From Epiperipatus broadwayi (Eukaryota; Animalia; Onychophora), in NCBI GenBank assembly GCA_028023455.1, contig JAQFVV010000009.1:12896001-12960000 (forward strand): a stretch of DNA of 64,000 nt. The letters are read 5' to 3'. Within the stretch, counting starts at the first letter, position 1. Every line of letters begins with the position of its first letter. The notes under the pieces were generated by a model. That model was not told the origin of the DNA. It made no database searches and worked only from the letters and a program-made list of their open reading frames with translations. Position numbers and translations under genes: made by a program. This document shows positions 28,301-42,184 of this stretch, in pieces.

Positions 28301-31300
28301 AAGCAAAAAGTTAATGAAGATGCCAATTCTATATGATAAAATAAAAGTAGTGGATTTAGTAATCAAATAAATTTAGTCATTTGCTGAGTGAATATATTAA
28401 CACACAAACTGTTTTTCATAATTTCATTTTTTTTTAATGTATTAATACATTGTTTTGAACTCAAACTGAATCCAAATTATGTATATTAGTTAAAATTAAT
28501 TTACACAAGCTAAATCAGCATTCATTTTATTTCAAATAATAATCACCCAATCAATACATAAATAATTCACAATCATTACTAATCTATGGAAAGTCATGAA
28601 GTGCTTCCTTTATTTGAAAGAAAGAAAAGGCAAGCAACAAATACATTCACACATGTAATTACCCATACAGATTTGAATATGCATATATGTGAATGTAATT
28701 CTTTTTCAATGTATTACTTATTTTTATTGATGTCTTAAAATGGTTTAATGTGCTTTTAAATCCAAAAAACCCCTAAAATTTTTTGACAATAAGATAGATT
28801 GTGAAACAATTGCACAACTTTAGATAATGTGGAAAGTAAGCTTATATGCATATTAGTAAAATAAAATCACAAGAATTCTTAAGATTTATTAAATATTGTT
28901 TAGTGTTTCTAAGAATCCATAACTAGTTAAAAAGCAAACCATACTGAAACAAATGGATCACCAATCAGTATTAGTGCTATTTTGGCTCAACAGAATCTGT
29001 ATGTGTTTTATATTTACCCCCACAAGCTCATACATAAGCAGATAAAATGCTATTCTCAAATTGATAGGAGAAGTATAAGCTTTATTGCCAATAATTAAAA
29101 TTTCCATGACTAACTCTAAGGCAGTTCATTCATCTTCAAATCAAGTATAAAACACTAGGCATATTTTCACTTTAACTTTTTTGGCAGCATATTAATTTAA
29201 GCTACATTATCCAAAAAAATATTTGACATATATTGATGCATTAAGATGACTGATTGGCTATGATTTACCTAACTCAAATACAAATATAGTTCTACCAGTA
29301 TAATTGACTTAGACCATAATTCCCTTCTGTTGCTTGCTAAATCTTCACTGCACTGGATTAACAAAAACAGTTAATACAGATAGATAGTAGTTTGATAATT
29401 AAAAATATAACAAATTTTGGCCACCAATTGAAAGTAAATGCATAATATAGGGAATTAAAAGTAATTATGCAATCAAGAAAGTGAACCTATTGCAGAATAG
29501 TAAACCAGGAGCTGTTAGAATAAAAACACTACCTCGCCTTCAAGTCAGTCATTAGTATAAACAAAATGGCTTTTAGTCTAGATTACACTGATCATTTGGA
29601 TAATCAACTTTAATTATCACTGAAATTGCTACTCATAACATTAATTAAAATAATTAGGACAGATAATGAACAACATTCATATGTGCATAGTTTAAAATTT
29701 TCTTTTCAAATGACAGTATTGAGCGAATCTTTACAGCACTTTGACTTAAAATTTAATGGCCAAGTTAAAAGAATAATACAAAAGATAAAAATTGTTAGTC
29801 CAGAACATATTGTATAATGATAAAGAATAATACATTAGTTGAAGTACCTATAAACAGTGATTGGAGAACATAACTATTAATTACCAAACACCAAACAGGA
29901 AGGAGAAATCAATACCCAGATGAAAAAACTTCACATAATTATTAAGGCCTTATATCACAAACAGAATAGTGGTATTAAATGAAATCTATTTATCATCATA
30001 AGCAAGCAAGAAAAAAAGATTTATTATTTAAATTATTGGATTCCTTATATCAATGAGAATGAGTTGATTATAAAAGCTATGAGATCAATAAAAATATTAG
30101 TGATGTTTTAAGAATAGGAAACTAGTTGAAAACAACAAAAAACAATCCCCACACCAATATACTAATTATAAAAGAAATTCAAGAATCAGAAATGGAGCAT
30201 AATGTCTGCATCATTTAGAGGAAAGGAAAATTGTAAAGCAGGTATTATAGATTAAAGAATCAAAGAGCTTCAACAAAATACTTAAATCCAATTTTATCAG
30301 TTATTTATCAAACAATACTTGGAATATATCACATCTTTGCTAAAAAAAATCCCAAAACATTCTTCATAAATATTATTGAGTTCTGTCTCTCTTCTGTAAA
30401 ATTGATATGAAATTATAAAAAATGCTATTGAATAATTTATTGCTTGAGAATTCATAAGAAGTGTGAGCAATGAAAGTAATAGGATTGGACCATGAGCCAT
30501 GGACATTGAGCTCTAGGGTTTGCCACTCTACTGTTAAACCAAATCTTAATAGAGCATGATAAAAATTCAGTCAGCATTATTTGATGTTAACTGCCATTGC
30601 TATATATTCTGACTCATTACAGCTTATTGTTAAAAGTAATTAAAAATATTACATACTTGGCTCCTGCCATCTAGATTACACTTCAGTTATTAAGGCCATT
30701 ATGTAATTTATCAAGAATTTTTATATAAAAATTTCCAGTTATCTATTATATATATAAAATTCAAATTTGTGACTATTATTTTAACACATTACTATTTAAC
30801 AAAAGACCTAGTAATTAAAAAAATACAACTTTTGTGTTTTCACTTAAACAAAAAATATTTTTTCCCCATTGAAATAATTATGTAATAACAAAACTAACAT
30901 TTTTAAAATTTATTATTGATCAATAAATGCATCTTTGAAGAAGTGAAAAAAGATTATAAATGTCATTTTATAACAAAACTATATTACTGAAATCATATCA
31001 AAAGACAATTCAAAGAATGTACATGAATAATTACTTTTTATTCATCAATGTGTTTACTGCACATTAATAAATTTGCAACGATACACATTGACCTAAAATA
31101 CAGCATCTAAAAAACCAATCATTCATATCATATTTACAATTTCAAAAAAATGCTTAATTTCTGTTAATATGATTCGCCTGGAGGGTACTGGAATAAAGGT
31201 GAATAAAACTTGATTGATCAGTCGCCACCAGAGATATTATCCCATTTACTAGTTACACAATTAAACATAACATTCACCACCCCTCCCTTTAGTTATAAAA

Positions 31301-31375
31301 TATTTGATAAAAAAATTAAAGAAAATAAGTTTATAATGAAATAAAATTTTAAAAGTTCTAAAATTTATGTTTATA

Positions 31376-31699
31376 TATTAATAATTTTTATTAGTCATTT
31401 ATTAGACTAGAGATTATTCATTTAATGAATAATATTTCTGTAGTGGAATTTTTATTAGACAACTCTCACGCAAAGTAGGGACTGGGTTTCTATACCTTTT
31501 AACATCTTGTGGAGGGGTGTAATCATAAACATATGACCAATCACATATAAAAAAAATATATAATCGCCAAAATGCACATTTGATGCTGAACCAGAGCTCA
31601 TCAGTTGATCCAGATCACAATCTCTTACACATATGTTTATTATTGTTTATTAAGTGGATAATCTCTAGTCTAATGAATGATGAATAAAAATTATTAATA
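31376..31699 (-). mobile_element. Hammerhead-motif repeat family, copy B (complete, 324 bp, about 60-bp TIRs)
   Basis: 31376-31433 is the reverse complement of about 31640-31699, with roughly 7 mismatches. Minus strand 31608-31566 reads TCAA CTGATGA GCTCTG GTT CAGCAT CAAA T GTGC ATT TTGGC. Confidence 0.8.
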
Positions 31700-34109
31700 T
31701 ATTTCCATTAAATGGTTTGGATTAAAGTTATGAGGGTAGTAAGTTTGATACTTATCATTAAACTGTAGTAATTGGTTATATATATATATATTGTAACCTA
31801 GTGTTATTGACACTTGGTTTACTTGGCATTATTTCTGCAGGAAAACAATGCTATTCTTTAAAGAAATAAAAAGATAAAATAACAATAGTAATAATTGATT
31901 AATAAAGTATGCTATTCACTCACTTTGGCATGTTTTGGGTGAATAACTAATAGATTTAATAACTCAATGTCATTTTTAAAGAGAGAACATGAATAATTTA
32001 ATTGAGATATTAATAATTAGAGCAAATTAATATGGTATAAAAGCTAAACAGTAATTGATTTTGGATGGGTAGAGGGGAGAGTGGATGAGTGTCTTATCAT
32101 AAAGCACAATAACTTCTGGTAATTTCTTTTTGTAAAAAAAAAAAAAAAATAATGTTTAAAGAATTATACATCACTGATTGTTAATTTAATGTATTTATTA
32201 TTATTTTTTTTATATTGTCAAATTACTTTGTAATCCAGGTAAATAATACTGAAAACTATATGATTGTAATAAGTTTTTCCTTTCTTTTGTTTATGTTATA
32301 ATCAAATGATTATTTTTCTGGAAGAGGTCGCTAAAGTAAAAAAAAACAACAACAACAAAACGAAACAACCAATTTCATAATCAAGATCATTTTTTTTTTG
32401 AAAAATATAGTCTGCTTTTAGTTTTCAAGGAAGGAACAGTGCTGAAATTTGGTAACTCAATTTTTTCATTTTATTTTGCAGAAATAAATGTAATCAAAGT
32501 AAAATTTTAATAATATAATGTGTGGCTAAAATTTTTTGATAAGATATCCTGATTTTCTTTGCCATCTACCTATTTAAAGATCTTTTATACTTAAAAATTT
32601 ATTGTCTCACGCTAAAGTTAAAAATGACAGAATTAACTAAGGGAATCACGAAAAGTGTTATTATGTCTAAATTAAGGAAGATAAATGATTTCCAAGTGAG
32701 AAATAATTATTTATTAACTTTATGTCATTTATTGATATTTTCTTGGTATAGAAAGAAAAAAAAAATAATTGAAAGAAATATTTTGAAACCAAGGAAAATC
32801 AACTAGAAACATTTTCGCGCTCTTTCTCAATATTGTCTGCCTTTACAAGTAATGTAGTTACATACGTTAAAATATGTTTTATTCACCAAGAATTGTCTGG
32901 AAATAATAATAATGATAAATAAGATTAAATTATGCACCTGTATATTTTTTTTTTAAAAAAAAAATATATATAAACTTTCTCAGAGTAAATATAGGAAAAG
33001 TTATATAGGGGCATTCTTACGGAGAAGTTACTGTTAAAAAAAAATTTATAATTCCTAAAGTATGAACAAAACCAAATATCTTAGTGACTTAATGATAAAA
33101 ATAAATGATATATTATATTATACATCAGTTGGAATTATTAAAACTTCCTGTACACGTAAATTGACTGCAGTTATTATCATAATAATCTCTCAGAAAATTG
33201 CGCATTTTCGTCCATAAGTAAGCTAGCTAATAAGTATACGTATCGTCAATAAAAAAAAATATTGTGTATGTTTATCGTCTATAGTCAAATATTCGTCTAT
33301 GTTAGAAGTCTATTTTTTTTTCTTGGATCCCAAAATTGTAGTAGTTTAATTCAAGTAAGAATTAATCTTCAATTCTGCTATATGTTTCTTTACCTAATTT
33401 ATTAAACGCACAAAATAAGAGAAAACTTTTATTTAAAGGAAATAATACCATGCGTTTATTGTTTTTAAACTTGCTTCGTGAAATACGACTGGATAAAGCT
33501 CTTCACCTGGACCAATTGCTCAACAGAAAAACATTTTCTAATGAGAGAGTATGCACTTGTTAATTAATGATTGTTTAAAACTAAGTTATAAATGATATGT
33601 ATTTTTTTTGTTATATCACATAGGTTAAAGTCTGTATGGTCAAGTGATATTTAATAGCCTTGTAATGACAAAGGTATGTTTTAATATAATTATTATAGGT
33701 TAAGTTGATATTTAACACGAAAGAAAAAATCTATAAAATATGTTTTAATTATTACATACAATTGTAGGTAGAAATTTTGTATGTTAGATACGTAAAAGAA
33801 AAATATTTAGATATTTAAGGGGTAAAATAAATATTGAAAATTATCAGAAGTAACTAAAAAAAAAAAAAAAATGCTATAACAAAATATTTCTTGTTAAAGT
33901 TTTGAAACGAATTTATACTGTATTAATTGAGGAATTTATTCCTAATTATTCTTAAATAACACATCCACTTTATTTAGTTTAAGATAGTATGCTACCAACT
34001 ATTTTGAATGTTCCTTTATTAAAATTAAAATTATTATACTTTTATTCTATGATGTCCATTGATTTCAGATGTTGATCAAAGTATACACGGTAACATAAGT
34101 TTATTATAA

Positions 34110-34480
34110 TCAGTGTATTTACTTATCCTGCCCAGATATAGCATTGGTATATGCTTAATATTCGCATAGGTAATAATTATAATGTATTTATTTTGTGGGA
34201 TGAAAAATGATCTCCCCAAAAGCTTTGTTTTCCATGAGAGGAAGATTTTAAATATAATGTTCAGGTATGTTTATAGCCCAAGTGATCGATTCTCATAGAT
34301 AGGACGATCAAGAATTTATCTAGCATTTAGTATGCTTCATTCGTTTAAATCCCAGGAGAGGATTGTATTTGGTGTGTGTTCGTTGTATGCCCAAGTAAGA
34401 GGCAAGAAACCACCAAAATATTTTAATGTAGTAGATTACTCTACAGACCTTCGTGGTTATTCCATATTCCTCATGTGAAA
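34110..34480 (-). mobile_element. Decayed Jockey-clade LINE, RT C-terminal region
   Basis: Minus-strand pieces TLKYFGGFLPLTWAYNEH, RSLGL*TYLNIIFKIFLSW and QNKYIIIIT parallel the Jockey pattern KYLG.HLD..LTW..H / L.L.NK..IYK.I..P.W / QN..LR.IT. Confidence 0.45.
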
Positions 34481-36103
34481 ATAAAGATAGCTCCACCATG
34501 GAAGGTGTTGATTATTGTGCTTAATTTTGAAAGTTCGGGCAAGATAAAGGTTATATTGGAGGTGTTAGTTCCTCAAGATCCACTTTAGTATAAATAGTGC
34601 GTTAGTAACTAGGATCAATATCTGTATTGTGCTGCTAAATATTGCTAGTATTTGACAAGTAAATCAATGGAGAAAGTAATTAAAATTGCGTAATTTAAAA
34701 CGCTTATTTACTGAAGGAATATTCAAATGCAATATTTAATTCTGGTTAGTAATTAAATAATACTCATATTTAAAATTAGACGTATGAATAAAATTTGTAT
34801 CATAACTTAAGTTAGCATTAAGTTAAATGTAAGATGGTAAGTGTAACTTCTGATAACTGGCCTATAATTAGAATAGGTTATCCCATTAAAGACCATAAAC
34901 AAAGTAAATGTATTAGAAATAAATTTAATATTTTGCGTATTGCATATGATTGGATTAATCATTTAAAAAAAAAAAAAAAATAGTTAGTCAATAATTTTGA
35001 ATAAAAGCTTCTACAAGGTTACCAAAATTTAATAAACAATGTATTGGTAATGAAATGTACTTTTAGTTAATCAATCCATATGATTGCATACAGGAGAAGT
35101 AGTAACCTCTAGTCCATAACCAAAAGAGTATACAGATTAATGTCAGTTATATTTTATATTTTTGTATTACTATGGGATTATTGAATAAATGTTCATATAT
35201 TTTTTTTTGTGATAATAATAAATTATAGTCTTGTTAAAATTTGTTGTAGATTCATTTTTTTTGTTTTTATATGCTAAATATAAGTGTTTGCACAATATTT
35301 GCAAAACCTTTTCTTGAGTCCGAAATCATTCCAAATTCTTAAAAACTTAATATACCAGATAAATAAAGTTGAGCAGATCGGAATATGTCATTATATTTTA
35401 GTTTAATGATAATTATTTATGGAGTTGAAAACTTAAGACTAAACATTCACCTTTGTGTAAAAAAAAAAAAAAAAATGAATTTATTCCCAAACCATTAACT
35501 TTGGTTGCACATTATTCCATTCCCATTTAGTTAAATTGTCTAAGTAATAAATCTTAGTTATATTATTGTGTTGTCATGGATGATGGAAGGACACAAAAAG
35601 CACCCTTGTCTTTTTATTATTCTGACTGAGATTCTGAAAAAAAAAAAAGCTGTGTTATTCAAAATTATACGTCATTATTGAATAGAATTATCATCTCTTT
35701 AAATAATATAGCAGTTGATATGAGAGATGAAGACACATTGAATTTAAGTAAAATAAATGTTTCCTATAGCCGACCAGAATGCCAGTCATATGCGACAACA
35801 CAATACTGCCGAGCATTTCCTTACATGAAACAAAGAACCCTGAGATTAATATTATTATAATTATTCTTTAAATTAATAAGTGATCAATTATTGTTGTTAT
35901 TACAATCGTGGCATGGCTTAAGAGAATTGAATGTACAATTGTATTATATGAAAAGTATTTTAGATCATATTGGAAAATTAATGGATATGTTGCTTTATTT
36001 TGGTTGCCTTAACAACAACCTGAAAAATTAGTGTCCTGGGTGCAAATATAAATAAACAAAATAAACTAAATAATAAAAATATTGGGTTAGAATATATATA
36101 TAT

Positions 36104-36330
36104 TGAATAATGATAAATATATGTGTGAGAGACTGTAATTTGGGTCAACTGATGAGTGTTGGTTCAACACAAAATGGGCACTTTGGGGAATCATACATCC
36201 TTTCCACTGTGTTTGGTCATATGTTTATGCTCAGATCTCTTCAGAAGATGTTAAAAGCAGATAGAAATCTGCTCCTATCTTGCAGTGAGAGTTGTGTAGT
36301 GAAAATTGCACTATAAAAATATTATTTATC
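36104..36330 (+). mobile_element. Hammerhead-motif repeat family, copy C
   Basis: Reverse-complement homolog of 31430-31645 over more than 200 bp. 36145-36187 reads TCAA CTGATGA GTGTTG GTT CAACAC AAAA T GGGC ACT TTGGG. Confidence 0.8.
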
Positions 36331-38909
36331 ATGTTTATATACCTATACTTCTTTTCTCTTTTTATTCGTTTTTTAAATCAATTATTATGAAAATCTTCAA
36401 CAGAGATATAGATTATTACTTTCCCACACTCCAAGATGTATAAGAGTTTTGTAAATGGGACACATGTTTATATTATTGAGAGTGAAAAAAATAAATGCTA
36501 TAAACATTTGTTAACAAAGACAATATAAGCTTAATTGCACTTTAATTAAGCAGAAGACATTTACAATGGTAAAATAACTGAACATATATACATGGCAGAT
36601 ATTTTTTTTTTTTAAAAATATTTTTTCTGGTACTTATGCCAGTATATATATAAGTGATTTCTGATATCTTTACATCTATTTTTAAAAGCAGGTGAGTAAA
36701 TATTGGAAGCTAGCTTCATTATATCAACTTCATGTACCATCTGTGTTATAGATATGAAAATAATAATGTGCTCATGTTATATTATTCTCAATCTTGTTAA
36801 TTTGTTTCAAAAGAAAGACAATATCAATATATTGAGAGTCAAATAAAACTGTATAACCTTGGCTAAAAAACTGAAATATCAATTTTCTGAGGTTAACTAT
36901 CAACAGGCTACTTGAAAAATCCTAAACTTAATGAAGAATTTTTCAATCTCATTCCAGATCTTAAATACAAAATCATGAACATTATAAACTTTGGATAGTA
37001 TAAAAATGAAATAATGTGATGATGATGAAAATGAATGATCTAAATTTAATGTTAATAACTTACACTAATATTGTCCCAAACTAATTAATTTTGGAGAAAA
37101 CTAAAAAGATAATTTCTGCATGTCTTTTTATTGTTAAAAAAAACACTGAAAACTTTTTTTGGAAGTGGGGGGGGGGTATAAATATATAAATCACAGGATG
37201 ATATCCAAAGATAGCATAAATCATAAAATCTACAATCTAATGTCAAGGCAACCTCTTTGAGTAAAAGATGGATTTCTACATATATGTATTTTCTACATTA
37301 TTGATTAATTAACCAAATACTGTTTATATACTTTGATTGTTGTGCTAATGTAAAATGACTATTTAGTTACTAATGTGTAAACAAATTGTGTAAGAATAAG
37401 AAGTGGTCATGTGATATTATAGTGGTTTAATACCAATTCTAGTCAAAAGAAGTTGCTGTTTATGATTATGAAAAAACCAAAGACATCAAAATGTATAAAT
37501 ACTGAAATGGATTCAAATCTATATGATTATACAAGTGAATTAACTTAGATTGAAAACATTGTTGCATTTTTATTTTGGGTTCATAGTTTTGTAATTAACT
37601 AAAAAAGTAAAAAGTGGCTGCTAGAGGAATGTGTCAGATCCAAAGATGTAGGCACAGTTCTTTCAGATCCATGAATCACTGATGAAAGCCATAAGCTAGA
37701 AATTAGTTTGGGTATATTGGATAAGTAGACAATAGAAAGGGATTTTGATGAACTAACTTCCTATATCCAATGATTATTATGGATTGCATTAGATAGCAAT
37801 ATTTATATGGAGAAAGTTGCTACTGTATTTTATTATTAACTATAATCTTAGTTTGCCAGTTCACTTTCTTATGTGGTAAAAATTGGAACTAAAATTATTA
37901 GTTAAAAAAAATCGAAAAATGTTAGCATCAAAAGACCTCATGCAAATTTCTAAATCCAAAGCAAACTGACAATGCTTAGATTGGTAATAGAATAGCAAAT
38001 CATTTGGTCTCAGGATTTTCTGAGTATATATTTTTTCTTTTAGTATTTAAAAAAAAAAAAAATTATAATTTTTAGTATTATACACAAACTTATTTATGCA
38101 AAAACCAAAATAATACATGATTACAATTAGATTTTATTTGAAAATGTTTGTTTTTGAGAATATGTCATAAAAGATGTAGTTATAATAAAGCAAAAATGTT
38201 TTTTACTGGCTAAAAAGAATTGCTTTTATAATGTGTTGACTACTTGAAGCATGTTTGATGCTAGCAGCAACTGATTCATTGCTGGTTGAATTCTTCTTTA
38301 AAATGGCATATCTCAAGTTGAAATTGGATAAAATTTGAGTTTTTTATTAATAGGCTCATTTAATTTTTTCCTTTTCTGGTCAGTTTACTAGATTGCATGA
38401 AGAAGACAAAGGCAGAATTGCTTTATTGGCCAGACTTGTTACTAAAATGGATTAAATATGCATTGATGATTCGCATTTCAAGGCCTTCATCCTGATAAAA
38501 ACATAATCAGAATATTGGGTCATAAGTATTCAATTTTAATTTTTTAATTATTTGCATATTAAATTTTTTTTAAGTATTTGATAAATGGTATAATTTATTT
38601 GTGTTTGCATTTGTATTGGGGTGTCTGTGTAGTATAATATTAAATCATTTATACTCTTTATTATACAGTATATAAATTTGTATTCAAATATAACAAAAGT
38701 GGTTTATGTAAATGTAATTTTGGGGCTCTGATCCAAGTTTGAGGCAAACTTATTTTAGATATAATGATTCTCAAAAAGTTTAATAATTTATTAGTGTGTT
38801 TATATTTGTATTATAGTGTGCTTGTGTTTGCATGCTTATGTTTGTATAACAAGTAATGATTTTTATATATAAAAATTATAGAGTAGTGCAATGTAAATTT
38901 TATGACTGA

Positions 38910-39182
38910 TTATCAGATGTCAGAAAGGTTGCAGTTAATAAAGCAATCACAAAATTTACTGGGCATACCATGTGAAAATATAAACACTTAAACCCAATAA
39001 AGAAAGATTTCAAATGGTGTGTATACCACATGGACATTTTCTTGCCTACGCCTTGGTACTGATGCTGTGGAGTTAGTAAGTTTGTCACATCTTGCATCAC
39101 ATTATTTTCAAGTTTATAACTAGCAATTGAACTATATGCAAATAAATTATATCTCTGTGGGACAATAAATATAACAAGAAAG
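38910..39182 (+). pseudogene. piggyBac transposase relic (catalytic DDD region)
   Basis: LSDVRKVAVNKAITKFTGHTM*KYKHLNPIKKDFKWCV compares with the piggyBac pattern LSVDESMIKFKGR...QYMP.KP.K.G.K.W. Downstream NKLYLCGTINITRK compares with YACGTVR.NRK. Confidence 0.55.
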
Positions 39183-40783
39183 CATCACTGGTGTGCATAA
39201 AAAATATAAACATTACTGGTGTACACAAAAAATATAAAATAAAGAGATAAAACTCATTTTATTATTGATACAGATAATAGCCTTCAATTTCTAGTTTTGA
39301 ATAGACAAGAAGCCAGTTGCTATGATGACAAATACATATCCACTTTCTGGAAATGATTTGTTTTGTATCATTTATTAGGATGAATCTTTTTCTTATAAAC
39401 ATCTTGAGATTTGTTAACTTCTGAGTTATAAAATAAAAATGAAGAATTCTTATGCAACTAGTTTTGGAGATTCTGAAATTGTGGATTATCTCAGGTAAGA
39501 AATATTATATATGGTTTGAATGAGAATTTTGTGAGGAATACAAAGAAATTATTAATGAAGATGTAATTTAAACTTAATTAATGATAAATTAGAAATTATG
39601 AAGAAACAATAACGTAATAATTATTTAGAATGTTGAAATTTCTTTTCCTCCCTTATTTTTTAAAAGGTAATCACTATTTATTTGTCTTAGCCTTATTGTT
39701 TTTCTTAGTTTTTCTAGTCTCTAACAATGTAAAGCTTTTTGCTCTAACATTATTAAAACTGAAGTTATCATGAAAATTATGTCCCAAGTCAGTTTTTTTA
39801 AAAATTCAATATGGCACCAGGACTATTAACCAGATAAAAGAGAATAAAAGTTATGAAATTTTAATAATAATAATAAGAGTAATTTTGAATTTTAAAACAA
39901 ATTTTTACCCTTTTATAATGTCTCAACTAAACTTTGTTTCTAATTTAAAAGTAAATGGTCAAGATTATAATCCAATATGAGCCATTATCATGAGTATTCA
40001 GTTAGTATTTTATTTTTCTATTTTGCAAAGTTGAAATATCAACTTTAGAATGTCTATGGTTTTAAATTTATATTTGTAATTCAATATTAATGCTATAAAC
40101 GCATAAACACAAAACTAATATTTAATATCTTAGCTCTCGTAATCATAGCTCTTTGTGAAGTAATAAACAATATAAAAATTATCAAACAGAATAAAAGTTT
40201 AATTTTAAAAATAAAATATTGCAAATATAATCAAGATTATTACTACGGTCTTTCAAATAAGAGTGGAAGGATTGGGCCTTTAAAGAGATTTAAAACATAT
40301 ACAGTATATTTTAAAAGGCTTTTAATCTGTAAATAACTTTGATTTTTTTTTTTTGTAATTTTTAATATTCATAATTATTTTTTGTTTTAAAATCTAATAT
40401 TAATCACCTTCTTAAATATTGATGTGAAATATACATTGATTTAATCTTTCTATATTGCTTCCTGACTTGTATACATATTTTTCACCTTTTTTTAAACTAT
40501 ATATAAAAAACAAAAATTCTAGTTATAGTTCTCAAAATTTTTAATAGAGGCACTAAAATCAAAAATTTTAATTTCCAGATTTTATTATAAAAATCTATGC
40601 AGTCTTGGTTGAGACATAATGATAATTTTTTGTTTTCTTATTTTTTCTATTATGTGCTCTTAGAAGCTTAAAAAAACAAACAAAATTGTAATCAATTAAT
40701 AAAATAATAAATGTAAATTATTACTGCTTATTTTAGAATGTTATGCCTGGAATAAATATATTACATAGATTTTAGATATATAT

Positions 40784-41027
40784 TGTAACGGAATGATAAT
40801 AATAAACTGAGCCAGGTGATCATCCATGACAAACTAACACTTAATTCAATCTTTTATAAAGCCACTGGAGTATAACAAAATATTGATGATATTCTTTGCT
40901 ATAACCACAGATTTGAACAACATTTATAACATATTTCAATGCTTCTAGGCCAATACATTCATTATTAAAATTAATATATATATATATTTCATTAACAATA
41001 ATTCTACTGCTATTTTATTTAGGTATA
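40784..41027 (-). repeat. 3' LTR of the gypsy element (about 244 bp)
   Basis: Starts TGTAACGGAATGATAATAAT and ends TAGGTATA. Homologous to 47172-47454. Confidence 0.8.
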
Positions 41028-41036
41028 TAATGAATC

Positions 41037-41047
41037 ACTTCCACTCA
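41037..41047 (-). promoter_or_regulatory. Degenerate polypurine tract
   Basis: The minus strand reads GAGTGGAAGTG shortly before the 3' LTR. Confidence 0.45.
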
Positions 41048-42184
41048 AACATATACAAACATGTGTTGTTTACTTTTTTCTCATTTCTCCATTTTTTAAA
41101 AAAAATAATGTTTAACAATTTAATTTGATCAAATTATAAATACTTTATCAGTATTTTCATTAACATAAGACAAAATTTGCTTACTCTTTTATTCACATCT
41201 CATTTATATATTTTTATTGCTTTATTCTATACCTCTAATAAATAACATACCATTACTAATAAATACTTTTCTCATCTAATGTCTTAGTAGCAACTTATTA
41301 TAAAGCACAATTAAATCTCTATATTCTTTCAGTTCTCATATAACTTGCCAATTATGGTTACTAAAATTTTGCTATAAATTCGAGACTAACCTCTTTATCT
41401 TTATTTCTCTCATTAACCTTTTTATTAATAGCATAACTTTTAAAATTCATTATAACCAAACAATATAACATCTTATGCTTAAGATCTCTTATATCAGAAT
41501 CGACGAATTCATCATTCATAAAATAAAATTCCTTTCACATAATACATTTTAAATTTGTTTTTCCAATATAGTATTCCTTATTATATTTACTATTTAACTT
41601 TGAAGATAAATTTATGTTCCAGAGTTTTTAAACATAAACAAAAATTATTCAGTATTTCTACTAAAAAAAAAAAAAAGTAAAATCAAATATTACTTGCTAA
41701 TACATAATAATTATAGATCTCTAGTATTTATCATATTTGCACTACTATGCAAATATCTATACATCTCGTATCATTATATGATTTTAAAACATTCCTATCT
41801 TTAGAATTATATGACACTTTATAAATAACATACAGAGCTATGAACACAACTATTAAAAAAATATTTCCTTTTTTTTACTATATCCTATGGTACTTATCTT
41901 CTATAATACTATATTTCCACTATTAACTATTTCATTCTGGTATCAAATAGAAACACATTATCCTTTATAAATGCTTTATGCTTAACAAATCGTACTCTTA
42001 TTCCATCAAAATATCAAATAAAAATCTCATATCTTATTTTAATATGCATAGTCATATTGTCATCAACTAATATAGGGTTCAAATCCAAACATTAGAGCAA
42101 CACATTAATTCTATTATATTATATGGCATATTATATTTTAACTTTTTAAATTAAGTCATATTTATTTAGGTGGTGCTATTAGTT

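Noticed and set aside
33470-33545. Minus-strand MFSVEQLVQVKSFIQSYFTKQV resembling a mariner-like HTH start
   Set aside because: Only 22 codons, with no continuation or TIRs found.
36110-36316. 68-aa ORF, and likewise the 80/87-aa ORFs at 56405-56685, as proteins
   Set aside because: They lie over hammerhead-repeat copies and the reading frames are not conserved across the four copies.
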